From Haliotis rufescens (Eukaryota), in NCBI RefSeq assembly GCF_023055435.1, contig NW_025963791.1, forward strand, positions 30,256,001 to 30,320,000: a DNA stretch of 64,000 nucleotides, read 5' to 3'. A model generated the notes under the pieces. The model saw nothing but the letters and a program-made list of their open reading frames with translations. It did no database searches and was not told the DNA's origin. Position 1 is the first letter of the stretch. The number at the start of each line of letters is the position of its first letter. The translations under genes and the position numbers were made by a program. Shown here piece after piece: positions 37,643-50,126 of this stretch.

Positions 37643-40600
37643 GCATTGTGTATTGAGCTGAAGCCTGTGCCCCTCCCTGGTGCAGCTGGGACTGGTCGGG
37701 GCCCTGGGGTGGAGGAGCAAACCCGTACTGCTGGAGTGTGGACCTGAGTGGTATGGATCCGATGATCAGCCTGAGCGGTACTTCTAACTGGAATGCGGGT
37801 CCAGAAGGATTCACACAGAACTGAAACATTGTAAATTGTCCATGCAAGAGAATAAACAGTCTTGATTATCCACCGAAATAGATTCCATTTGGCTTAAAGG
37901 GAACAATAGCTGTGAAAAGTATATGACTGTACCACTGAAAATCAGAGAAGACACCAGGTGTGAGGGAGAAAGCTAAGTACGTACCACTTGTATAATATAC
38001 TTCGTTTATGTTTGATTTCGAGATGTAGAAATCAGAAAAAGCTGTGAGTGAAGTATGCTAGATATGGAAATCATACATTTTTCATTTATGATGGTATCGG
38101 GGGCGAAAGGAGTGCGAATCTTTGTGGGAATTTGTTTTGTTAAGACCAAATTTTCCGAATCAAGTGCTAAAGAATCCGATCATTAGTTCACATTTAATTG
38201 GGTCAAGAACCTACGTGTCCTTCTTTCGACTGGAATATCAAAGTTCGCCCAGCCTTATACTGACACGATCTTCTCTGAAAGTTGGTCAGAACTTCACGCA
38301 GAGAAAATCGTATCATGGTAAACGATCTGATTTAATTAAATTCATTTGATAGCACAATTCTACGTTTACTAAATGCTAAATGGAACTGTAATTGTATAGT
38401 ATCCCGACATGGAGTTTTTCCTGTGAGAAACAGTGATGACCTTCTGAGCAGGAACACAGCTCTGTTTTGGTTATATTATTATGGATATTTACAGAACTTC
38501 AAAAAGACAATACCTTTACGAAATACTCAATTTCGATTATTCTGCATCCCTGTAACTTGGATGGCGGCACTGGTGGTATCCTCAGAAGGTCCCCATTCCA
38601 TGAATCAGAGTCACCAGGAAGGATTTCTCCATGTGATATTTCCCCTATTTTCTGAAAGTTTGTTCGTGACTTCCGTGTTGCGTGGTACTTCACGACCTAA
38701 AAACATCGACTGTGTTTTCAAAAGCAAAACATCGTCAGGCATCATAGCGTGAGTAGAAATTTTAAAGTATATAAGATATAAGTTTTTGCTTGTCATTTAG
38801 AATCTTGAAGAACATGCAATCATGACACTTTCATTTGGTTCTTAGTCACGACGTTTCAGAGCTACTTCTTCCTCTTTCATCCCTCATTCACGTGATGAAG
38901 GAACAAGAAAGAGCGCTGAAAGAGTTGTTCATTTGTCGTATTTAAGGTGGAAGAATAATGGCATTGGACGTGTACATAAAGCTCTATTGTCAGAGATACG
39001 ATATATTTTCTTCACATACTCTCAATACTGACCATGTATAATTCAGCATATGATCTGGTCATTCTCCTGTTACTGTGGTTGATGATCTCAGCTTTGATAG
39101 GAATTGATTCCCCCGGAACATAGCCACATCGGTCAATTTCAAACCTACAGCTGATTGGTCCAGATTTGCAGCATAAGCAACACAGAGTCTTTTCATTTTC
39201 ACCCCTTGCACCTTCCTGCAATCATAGATCGCAAACATCCAAATAGTATATAGTTATACAAAACGATAACGTACATTCAGACAATTTATCTAAATAACAT
39301 TTTCTTTTTAAGTTTCCATTTGCTCGGGGTGTGTGGAAGAAACAATGCATGGGATAGCTTAGCGGCAAAAGTATATAGTAGAGGAATGGCCTTTCTTGGT
39401 GGGCGATCAAATTAAATCGACATTCAGGTAGGTAGGTATTCATTCAATTAAAATTAAACTCGAGACATTGTATCTAGTGGTGGCTATCGAGGGCATATCC
39501 TTACTATTGCAATAATTCAGTTATGCAATTAATGCATGAGTAACTCTACCGTTTTGCAATGTAGATTTCCGTGATTTATTCGACATGATGACAAAGCCTA
39601 ACAAGTCCGACAAGTCTGACAAGACTCAGTCTTATACTCAAGACATATACTTGTGGCTTACCTGAATGGATTGAAAAATGGGAAGCCGTACATTTTGAAA
39701 GCGAACGACCAACAGTTGCTTACAGTTATCGAATGATACGGTGTTTTTAATTAATTTTCATGTTGAGTTATCATTTAACTGGTGATTATTAATTTAACTT
39801 GCCCTCAATTTCACATGTACATGTTTATGTTTAAAGGCAAATAATGCTTGGCCTGAATATTTGTCTATGTCAGGCAAATGCTCAGACGGAACTATAAACG
39901 AAAGAAAACGCGTTTCGGATTGAAAAGTCATATTATCACATCACATTAGACACGTTACGTTAGATACATAATTTATACGTTAGATACAATTTCCTTGAGT
40001 TCACTCACCATAGCCCCAAGTTCAGTGTTGAGGTCCAAAAGATTGACAACTGTAAAAGCCCTTTTCGTTGTGTGGTCAAATTTCCATGGCTTGTCAATGA
40101 TACCACTGAGCCAATATCTTATCCTCCCTACAGAGCCCTCAAACGAGGAGGGGAGTCCAGCTGGCAGTTGGTATCGGAAGGGGTATGTATAACGTCCTGC
40201 CGGTAGAGAAGGGTTATCCCCCCCTTGTCCTGACGCTGCAAAATACCAAAAAGAACCTGGTTGTTCTGTTCACTATAATTTCTCTACAATTTTGCATAAT
40301 GACCTAAAGTTTACCTGCTAAAATGTACGTTCCAAATGGCTCGCGAATTCATGACTCAGAATCAACTGCAACAACAAGAACGTGACGTCATAATGGTTTA
40401 ACCCGGGTTAACGAATGTCCAGTTAAATGATTCAAACATACGTTGCAATATCTCTTTCTTGAATATATGTTCCGCGAAGCAGACTTCCGGATTAACGTCG
40501 TCCGAATTAAAGAGGTTTCACTGTTCATTGTAACGAGCAGGACACCCGTTCCTGTTTCCAACTCCGCTTGTGTCAGATGTTAATTATATATACGTTTGAT

Positions 40601-42152
40601 TTAAGTCATGATTTCTATATTTCCGACTCTTTTCGTGTTTCAGCTGCACAGAAAAGACATGTCAAAAGTTATTTTCAATTGGTTGATTTTACATGCACGC
40701 TACAAATCAATATTCTTGATAAGGATTTATATCAAGGGTGCGTATCATAATGCTTTAGAATTTTTTATCAGTGGTACTATCATGAAGCGGCAGTATCTAT
40801 ATCAAAGGTAGGTATCATAAGAATTCAGTAACTATATCAATGGCACATGTATGTATCATGAAGCTCAGATCGTCTTGACTGGGCGCCGCCATGTTGTTTG
40901 ATGCAAATGCAAGTGATATGAGCAATGGAATCTGATTGGTCAGTAGGAGGGACATAGAAGGGACATAACTCGTAATAGCCACTGGTGGCGCTAATATCGA
41001 GCCTGGAAATTCCAGCGTAATTCGGCAAGGGTGGAACTGGTCTTTATAGTCAGTTAAAGCCTTGCCTCGGGAAGTTGGATCAGATATGACTTCTGTGGAA
41101 TGTTTATAATAACTCGTGGGTTTTAATACCTTTCCCAAATAAAACCAGTTCATAGCTGAAGTAGTTCTCCTGCGATGAGTAAATTCTAGTAGTAGTCCGT
41201 CTGTTCTTCCCTGATCCCGTCGAATGTGACTCCGACCATCTCACAGTAGCACCACCGAAGAATTGGAGCCTTATGCCTGCAAATAAATCAAATTTTCGTC
41301 TTACATATTTCTGCCAAGGCGTATTTATTGCGACTGGATTGGTCTGCTTCTTTCCTTAACTTATGTTTGTTTGTTGTTGCACTCAGCAACATTCCAGCTA
41401 TATGATGACGAACTATAAATAGTTGAGTCTGGACCAGACCAAAACAAGCAACGGTCAACGCCGTCGGGGTACGATGACCTTCAATCAACCAAGTCACCAT
41501 GTCTGACCGCTCGATCCATCAGTCACTTCTTACGGCCAGCATAGGTTGCTGTGGACCAATGCTAACCCGGAAGCCCTAATTGGATAGCGTGTCTATCATT
41601 ATGGTATCATGAAATCCCGTTAAAGGGGGGCAATGCTTGGGTGATTTGGTAGTACTGACAAGTTTGATTCAAGTCGTTCGTAGACTATTATATATGACTC
41701 TTGTCCTGCGGAATGTTTAATCACAAACACTGAACTTTATAAGGGGAAATATTAGTGTGACACATTAGTTTTCCCAAAGTGTGAACACAACACACGTCAC
41801 TCGACAGGAGAGTCATGTCGATTTACAGGCTAAATAAATATTATGTTGATCCTCGAAAAGAAATAGGTCATGGTCGGATAATGCTAAGTATACTACTATA
41901 TGCAATATGTATTTAATGCATTACTAATATTGATATACAAATATTACATTCAATGTTCTATGTACAATGAATTAACCCTTAATGCTTTATCAGTTCATCG
42001 GATAATGTTATCTGTCAAATAATATCAAACAAACATACACATATATACTCTCATCCCCCACCTATGGGATAAAAATGTCAACTGTGCTTCATATGTTCGT
42101 TTAAAGCAAAGTGATTTTGTCCTGTTGTCCTCACAACCTAGATACACACACA

Positions 42153-42223
<71 letters not shown>

Positions 42224-43154
42224 CGTTTTTCATCTTATAGATATTTCAACTGTTGGTGATCATTTGAACAACGTTCCATTTGTCATGCCATGACAGTAAA
42301 TAGTATGCTTGGAAACGGTCATTTTCATCATACTTCATACTTAAACTTCAGTTGGATCACATGTTGGTTATACTATTTGAAACTTGTTTAGAGATAGTTG
42401 TTATTCAGTACTGACCTCTCATTTTCATTTCCCCATTCAGTTCCACTGTGACATGTCCCTCAAGGACCTGGCCCGGGTAATACACTCCTTGGGGATTATT
42501 TAAACTTATTGCAAATATGTTCAGTTTGCCCATGGTAGAAACTCCTGCGTGTAGACCGGTGTAGGTTCGCGATCAGACAATATGGAGGGAAGTATATGTT
42601 ATCTATGCATTGCGACATATTGACATACAACGTCACGACAATCACACCGCCCGCTAAGGGGTGTGTGTCCTTGACAACGTGGTGATTCAGGTCACAGCTA
42701 GATAGCGGTTATTAACATACAATCTTTTGCGTTCGCGCTTCCTTCAGCCGTATATGTGAATATCAGTACGACAAACAAATGTTTAAAGCAGTTGACGTTT
42801 TGGCCCTGTTGTTTTTATCAACTGAGGAAGAAAGGAAATTATACCGAGTTTGTTTTTTATGTAATATAAAATTAAAAGAACTGTTGTTAAATTTGAATCT
42901 TCATGTTAAGCCGTCACTCAATCCTGTGGTAATTTGTATAAAGTAATCTGTGGGGAATTTTTGTGGAAAAATAAATAGTGTTTGAAAGGCATTTAGAAGT
43001 GATACATATAAGGAAGAGAATATATGGATGACTGACCTCTCATTTTCATTTCCCCATTCAGTTCCACTGTGACATGTCCCTCAAGGACCTGACCCGGGTA
43101 ATACACTCCTTGGGGATTATTTAAACTTATTGCAAATATGTTCAGTTTGCCCAT
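37643..43154 (-). CDS. ARRDC3-like: Alpha-arrestin (arrestin domain-containing protein); exons 43154-43037 and/or 42533-42416, 41276-41130, 40235-40009, 39215-39033, 38696-38514, 37820-37643; terminal exon not located
   Basis: VYYPGQVLEGHV, YTYPFRYQLPAGLPSSFEGSVGRIRY, KTLCCLCCKSGPI, GYVPGESI, IPPVPPS and IIGSIPL, with in-frame GT-AG junctions. Confidence 0.88.
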
Positions 43155-43844
43155 GGTAGAAACTCCTGTGTGTAGACCGGTGTAGGTTTGGATCAAGGGA
43201 AGTATATATATGGAGGGAAGTATATGTTATCTATGTATTGCGACATTTGATATGATGTTAGCACAGCGAGTGGTCGACAAAGAGGCTCTCGTAATACAAT
43301 CATATCAGCGTCGACATATTTCGCAAGGCCTCGGCGTCACTACACTTACGCCATCCTGTCAGGAAGGTGTTTCCGTGCCAATCTGATGATTCATGTTTCA
43401 GCTTATTACTATACAACCTGTTTGACATTTTGGGTGCGACTCACACATGTTCAATGCAGTTGACGATTTGGCCCAATTGCACAATATATATTGAACTTTT
43501 CAATCAAACCCCAGCATCCCACCCCCACTATATCAAATGGTCGGTCCCTTAAGGTTTAACTGCCAGAGTGACACATTCTTGTATTTGGTTAAAGCTTCAT
43601 TTAACGTACGCGTTGTGGGCTATGCACATCATCGTTAGTCTGGAAACCAACATATGTGTGCATATGTTAATGTATGTATAATATATACATATGTATATAA
43701 TATGTGTATGTATATAAAATATGTATAAAAGTGTGTAATACTATATATATAGTATTACAAGTTTTGACAAGCACGAATATCTGGCCCCTGTTTTTGTGTA
43801 TATTTAATACTTAAACACCTGATGAAATCACTTGTTTAAATATG

Positions 43845-43888
<44 letters not shown>

Positions 43889-44587
43889 AATGTATATACA
43901 TTGGTCGGTCAAAGTTCGCGAAAGGTCGTTCTGTATCTTGTATCTTGATTTGAATGAGATTGAGGTAATCTAAGCATGTGATTAATCTTGTTTGGTTATT
44001 TAAAGCATTAATTGTTTATTTTTAAGCAAGTATATCTCTGCAGCCGTTGTAAAATGCAGCTACTAGCCGACTCATCTCGAATCAAAACACGCGATCACTG
44101 TGTCGGATAAACGAGACTGATTCATGAGTGATTTTAGTTATTTGTTGCAAATTAGGAGTGTCAGAGTCGGAGTGCGAGACTTCGAATTAACGGGTTTAAA
44201 TAGCATTGATATAAGTCCATCATTAGTGGGGTTATGGGCAGGAAGAGCGAAACCTAGCCATAATCAACTCTAAAATCTCTTCGCTTTCGTGAAGCTACAG
44301 TAAGACTGGTCACGCTACAGTAAACACGGGATATTGCGTATACACAGAAATGCGTATACCGTAATTACAGTAGTAATTTATTAGATGCTGAAGTATAGTA
44401 TAGTTGCTCAAAAGTACTTTACATTTAACAAATTTAATAACTCTAATACTTTAATATTTCATAGATGTACATTATAATTTCTACAAAACCAACAATAACT
44501 TATATCTTAAAATATAATGGTAAATACATAAATATATTCTATAATAAATTTGCGGTTGCACTGGCATACACGTTGTGTTCAAGTCAT

Positions 44588-45082
44588 TCACTCCAAGTGG
44601 ATCAGGTCACCAACGTGATCTGTGTACTCAACGTCGCCGATGACGTTGTTGACGAGATTATCTTTCAGAGCCTGAAGACGGTTGTCAATCAGCCGGTATC
44701 TTCTCTTTCTGGGTGGTGCTGACCAGTGGGCTCCAATTCGTTGAATGGCGACTTCTACGTTGGATTGTTCTCTTTGACAACTTCCAAAATGTTCGGATGG
44801 CTCTTCCTGGCAAGTTTGTTGAGTTTGTGATTCCACCCTATGTCTTTAAGATTATTATCATCATTATCATGTGCGTTATTTTCTTACCTGCAAAGCCGCT
44901 TGAAGAATGCCGTTTTCAGTGATCACCGACGCTCTGCAGGCAGCAACAACGCAGTTCCAATACTTCTTCTCACGGACCGTTTTCTTACAACGAAACTTGA
45001 ATCCCTCATAAAACAAGTGCTGACCACCTCGCACGGTATCAACCATGGTCACTCGAACTTGTGCATTAGCCATTTTGGACAT
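44588..45082 (-). mobile_element. Internally deleted Mutator-like (MULE) remnant: FLYWCH-like domain joined to the transposase C-terminus
   Basis: LFYEGFKF...YWNC...C, then GWNHKLN...HPNI and REQ...PPRKRRYRLIDNRL. The central DD region is missing and there is a frameshift. Confidence 0.7.
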
Positions 45083-45260
45083 AGATAAATAAGTTGCACT
45101 CTTTATATATACCATCAAATACATACTGTATGTATTCTTAAGAAACGACTCTTCTCTAAACCCACCGGTACCATAACCCATATCAACTAAGAAACTAATT
45201 GTTTGTTCAATTAAGAAACTGATCATCATACATACATACATACATACATACATACATACA

Positions 45261-45292
<32 letters not shown>

Positions 45293-46171
45293 CAGTCAGG
45301 TCTCGTTAATCCGACAATCGGCGTTATCCAACAATATTTATATATGTGTGCTTCTAGGATCTGTTTCTGTTTGTGTGTATACATGTATATGCCTGAGCGA
45401 ACCGTATTGTGCAGACGGGATATGATGGTATGTGTTGTGTATAGTTTCTTTTATCTCTCGTCATTTTCCAGAGGGTCATTTTCAGTTTGCATTTCACACC
45501 ATATCTCTTTTCATATTACACACTTGTCTTCCTTATTCCTCACAAGGCCAGTCAAGCCGCAAAAGCGATATTTGCACGGGTCCTTATTAAAGACTCTAAC
45601 GGACGCAAAATACGACAAACATGAATATGTTACATATATGCATGTAATTATACTCAATACCGTATTCGACGTAATAAGCGCCCCTCTGTAATAACCACCC
45701 ACGGCGATATTTGCTGATATATTGGCTAGTGAACTATCCCAATTAGCACCCCTTCCGATTGATCAGGGTACACAAGACTTATTTCTTTGCGTATAATATA
45801 ATGTGTTATATGCACCCTTAGCTATGAGTAATTGATATCTGGAAAAATATATCTATCGTACATAAACATTTCAGGCTTTCACCATAAATAACATATGTTA
45901 TATTTGGGATAACACTTTCTTAGTAAAGTACAGATTCTAGTACTTTTTGGGGGTTGAGTCCCGTACGGGATTCGAACCCACACCTGCCAGGGTGAGGCAC
46001 CTAATCGCCAGCACACAAAGCGAAGAAACATTTTCATCTTTAACCCCATTTTACAACCTTGTGCAAGTGTACGTTCCACTTCAATTCGAGAAATGATACA
46101 ACTAACTCTCACATTTCTTAACCAGTTTTACCTCCAACCTATGCTGGTGCTAACCTAATAGACACTACTAC

Positions 46172-46512
46172 TACCGTATTCGACGTAATAAGCGCCCTGC
46201 TCTAATAAGCGCCCACAGCGACATTTGCTAATATATTGGCTGGTGAACAATCCCAATTAGCATCCCTTCCGATTGATCAATGTACACAAGACTTACTCAT
46301 TCGCGTATAATACGCACTCGTGTGTTATATGCACCCTTAGTTATGGGCTAATAAATTCTGGATTATATATATTATATCTGTCGTACATAAATACTTCAGT
46401 CTGTAAAAAACACGAAATTTATCTTTCAACTCTGTTTTTTACACCAAAATAATATTCTAATAAGAGCCCCCTATTTCCAATTTCCTGGGCGCTTATTATG
46501 TCGAATACGGTA
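46172..46512. mobile_element. Complete MITE with TIRs of about 26 bp and TA ends (Tc1/pogo type); partial copy at 45658-45878
   Basis: taccgtattcgacgtaataagcgccc ... gggcgcttattatgtcgaatacggta. Confidence 0.92.
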
Positions 46513-47231
46513 ATTCAGACCAAACCTGTGGCTGTCACTGACTTCAGTTGACTTTCTGTTGAAAAGGTTTTGGAAATAAACGCATTTCCCGAATCAGCCG
46601 TGTTTGAGAAAAAAAATGTAACGAGGCTTAAAATAGATTAAATTCTTCATTTGCAAAATGTTTTGTTCAGGTTATAACCTTTGTGTATGTGCCTACCTAT
46701 GACATCACATCACTGTCATAGCGGGTAACCGAGCGTGATGACACATACACAGTGTCACGATGAATCGTTATCATAACATTCCCCAAGGCCAGCCCCACGA
46801 CGTGTATAACGTGATAACTAATTCCCGAGGAATCAGTTTCAGATTACTTGAAGTAGACGAGTTGTAAAATGAGATATTGAACCTGCTTACAAATGACGTT
46901 GTACTAAACAGGTTTGTAACTGAACCACGTATGACAAGGCGTAACAAAGGTACACCTGAATCACCAATACATCCATAGAAATGATTAAGTTGAGTTTTTC
47001 AAAACGGTTAGTCGTGGAAACTCAAAACGAGATTTGACATGTTAAGTACAAAGTAACACAGTTTCTTTACAGACTCTAAAATATTCCTATTCATTAAAAC
47101 AGTTCATTTGAAGTGAAAGGAACAAAGTTGTCACGATCACGAATCCTCTTTCAGCAGTCCTTCACGACTTTTTGCCTTAGTTTTGACGCCCATTTCTTGA
47201 ATATAGTCTCTTAAATTGGGAACAGTTATGC

Positions 47232-49406
47232 TCACGGATCAGCAGGTTGAACCGCTTGACTGTTTATTTCATCCAGTTTTGCTCGCTTTGCGCTTCGAAC
47301 TTCACGTATCTCCTCATTCCAGTATTTAGGTCTGCGCTTGGTGTATTGTCGCTTGTCTCTTTTGGACTTGGAACTTTCTTCCATGCGTTTGCAGATCTGT
47401 AGGGCCTCCACGGTGGGGTCCCACTTGTTAGATTTCCGCTGATGTATTTTCTTGACAACATCATTGTGCTTCTCAAATGCTTGGCAGCTGAATTTTCTCA
47501 ATGTACCAAATTTTCGTAGCATAAACGGTACGTGGTACACCATGCAATGAACATAAGGGGTTACGTTCTTTTCAGTGTATCCTGATAAGTGAGGGCCAAG
47601 TGACAAGAACGTTTCTACCCAAGTTTGTGATAACTTGAAGACTTCTTCTGCTCTCATGGGCTCAGAGGCGGTAATGGTGCTGTAGATATCGTCTAACAGC
47701 TTCCACAAGCTTAGGACTTTCTCCTCAGTGTTTGATTGAAGCTTCCCTTTCAATGCTTGTGGAAGTTTAGACAGAAGTTTTCTTTTTTCCAGCCCATTCA
47801 AACTTGTCCATTTCAGTTTCTTTGTTTCCTTTTCCTCCCAATAAGAAAATGGCACCCCACAGGATTTGATAGCCTTTACAAGTTCACCCATATGTTTAGG
47901 GTTCTCCTTCACTGCTGCACGCTCTTTATCTCGAGTCATTGCATCATTTATCAGGTTCTTCTCCAAGACGTCCGTAATCCGGAGCAGGAGATGCAGCTCA
48001 TCCAGAATAAAGTCCTCCATCTCTATTTTCAGGAAAGGAGTATGATGGACCCCATACTCGCGTTTTACAGCATGTTCTGTTACTCTTTGCCAGTTCCTCA
48101 TCATGTTGTCGCTGTTGAAGTAGTCCAATGGGTGTGTCATGTTGTGCCTGTCATCCCTATGCACTAAGCACCAAGGACAGGAATGATTGCAAGAGACTCC
48201 CCCAAGCCCCATCATTGTGAGGATCATCTTCATGTCAGCACAGAACACAATATTAACTGCTATCTCCTTGTCATCAATATGAACTCGCCCTGCTTCAATG
48301 ACTGAGTTAATTTCTTCGCATAGAGGCTGTAATGAAGTTTTGAGTTTGAAATAATCTTCTCTGCAGTTTAAGATAGCCAGAGTTATGACGTTATCAGCAC
48401 TGTGATTATCCGTGTACGTTGCGTCTACCAACCGAAAGGCAAATATTACGTAGTTCGATATGCGACTTACATGGGTTCCATCACTGCTTAATTGAACCAT
48501 GACTTCCTTCAGATTTGGGTTTTCAAGTATTTTTTCCTTCAACCTTTTATCTAGTTCCTGTCTGAAGCTAACCATCGCTCCATTAACTTCTCCTGGCACT
48601 CGACTGATGGCGAGAGTGGCAGTCATTTCTCGACGGGTATTTATCACGGAATGAGTGCGTGGTAGATTTGGATATAACTGTGTAATTTCATGATAGGCAG
48701 CCTCGCTTACACAAAACCTGTCCATGACACCGACGAGAGAGCGGAGGCTATCACACGTAGACCCCGACGATTTATCACCTTTATTTTCAAAGTTGATTTG
48801 AACCTCTTGTCCACAGGACGAAGTACTGATGATGGCTTTGGGGACCAGTTGATACTGGGTGAGAAAAGACAGACTCTTCTTGGATTGTTGCTTGATAAGT
48901 GTCCGTCGTCGATGCTGTTGGCGCTTGTTCAAATCGTCATAATTCTCCTGTTTCTTAGGAATACTTGCATCAGGTTGACACCTAACTATTTCTAAGGATG
49001 CAACCTTATCCCAGTCAAAATAAGACAAAGGCTCATTCGGATCAACATTTTTGTTCACCAATTCATTTGTGAACAAGGCCAAAGAGAACGTTTGAGTTTT
49101 AAGAGTGTGCTTGTTGCTATCTTTAGTTTCATATCTTTTGCAAACGTCTAAACATTGACAAAGAAGAGTTTGCTCAATTCTTTCACTCTGCTGTAGCCTT
49201 GTCTTTGTGAGCTGTGTATTGAGCAGGTCGATCATGGAGCAAGTTTCATTTATCTCCTTGCTGATTCGGAGGTTGACCATAAAGGGGTAGGACATTTCGA
49301 GGGACACTGTTCCTACCCCTCCTCCATTGTTTTTCTTTTTACTGGGGCGTGGTCCTGAGGCTTGACTTTTTGGAATTATATTTCCTAGATCTGTACTGTT
49401 GGACAT
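47232..49406 (-). CDS. RAG1/Transib-like DDE transposase, intact 724 aa
   Basis: Ordered motifs LNKRQQHRR, VSEAAYHEI, SSDGT, CADMK..MMGL, CPWC, LDELHLLLRI, LNGLEKRKLL, TPYVHCMVYHVP and FSCQAFEKHN parallel RAG1 LTRRAQKHRL, LSCSQYHKM, DG, YDEK..VEGL, CTLC, IDALHCDI, MNGNFARKLM, TNYFHKTLAHVP and WASEGNESGN. Confidence 0.85.
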   Translation of the reverse strand: MSNSTDLGNIIPKSQASGPRPSKKKNNGGGVGTVSLEMSYPFMVNLRISKEINETCSMIDLLNTQLTKTRLQQSERIEQTLLCQCLDVCKRYETKDSNKHTLKTQTFSLALFTNELVNKNVDPNEPLSYFDWDKVASLEIVRCQPDASIPKKQENYDDLNKRQQHRRRTLIKQQSKKSLSFLTQYQLVPKAIISTSSCGQEVQINFENKGDKSSGSTCDSLRSLVGVMDRFCVSEAAYHEITQLYPNLPRTHSVINTRREMTATLAISRVPGEVNGAMVSFRQELDKRLKEKILENPNLKEVMVQLSSDGTHVSRISNYVIFAFRLVDATYTDNHSADNVITLAILNCREDYFKLKTSLQPLCEEINSVIEAGRVHIDDKEIAVNIVFCADMKMILTMMGLGGVSCNHSCPWCLVHRDDRHNMTHPLDYFNSDNMMRNWQRVTEHAVKREYGVHHTPFLKIEMEDFILDELHLLLRITDVLEKNLINDAMTRDKERAAVKENPKHMGELVKAIKSCGVPFSYWEEKETKKLKWTSLNGLEKRKLLSKLPQALKGKLQSNTEEKVLSLWKLLDDIYSTITASEPMRAEEVFKLSQTWVETFLSLGPHLSGYTEKNVTPYVHCMVYHVPFMLRKFGTLRKFSCQAFEKHNDVVKKIHQRKSNKWDPTVEALQICKRMEESSKSKRDKRQYTKRRPKYWNEEIREVRSAKRAKLDEINSQAVQPADP

Positions 49407-49600
49407 CTGTAAGGGATAGGAACCTGCGTTTTAATGAGTCAGCGTGTTAAGACAACGTAACTTGCGTGGTGTTTCTGACGATAGTACTTGCGTCAGTTCG
49501 ACTACACGCACAGAATGTTACACTTCCGAATGGCTGTCATAAACTGAAACTGAAACAGAGAAAGTACCATTGAGACTTTAATATAGCGTGAGAGTCATGT

Positions 49601-49726
49601 GTGGTGAGGTTAAATGGGGTTTAACGTCGCGTCCAAGATTATTGCACTTATATAGCGACGTGAAAGCACGTGTGTGTGTGCAGCGGGTTGTAGAAAAAAC
49701 AAAGCCCGATGCTCTTTGACACGTGT

Positions 49727-49771
<45 letters not shown>

Positions 49772-50020
49772 AGGGGTGCTTGAACGAGTCCGGACTGATG
49801 CCGAATATATAGCGCCAGCCCACTGAGATACAATGCCGCAGTTTAACACGAATACCCGAATCACATACAGTATACTCCGTGCCGACAAGTTCTTGTTTAG
49901 ACCCAGACAAGGTAACAAACAAGTACCAACTTTTAACGTCTTTTGGTACGACGCGGCCTGGGACCGAACCCCAGACCAACCGCTCTCGGGGCGGATTGTC
50001 TACCATTAGACCACGGAGGC
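49601..50020 (-). mobile_element. SINE family D with (GT)n and poly-G tracts
   Basis: 10-bp TSD agagtcatgt at 49591 and 50021; homologous to 20352-20710. Confidence 0.88.
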
Positions 50021-50126
50021 AGAGTCATGTAAATAAGAAAATATTTATGTCGTTTTTTTGGCAAATGGTTTTGTGTATGCGGGTTGTAGAAAAAACAAAG
50101 CGCGATGCTCTTTGACATGATGCCAT

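Noticed and set aside
46748-46754. Perfect RSS heptamer CACAGTG downstream of the RAG1-like ORF, as a possible left TIR
   Set aside because: There is no nonamer at 12 or 23 bp. The only similar inverted partner (cactgtg near 57796) is inside a degenerate SINE head, and the 5-bp flanks do not match.
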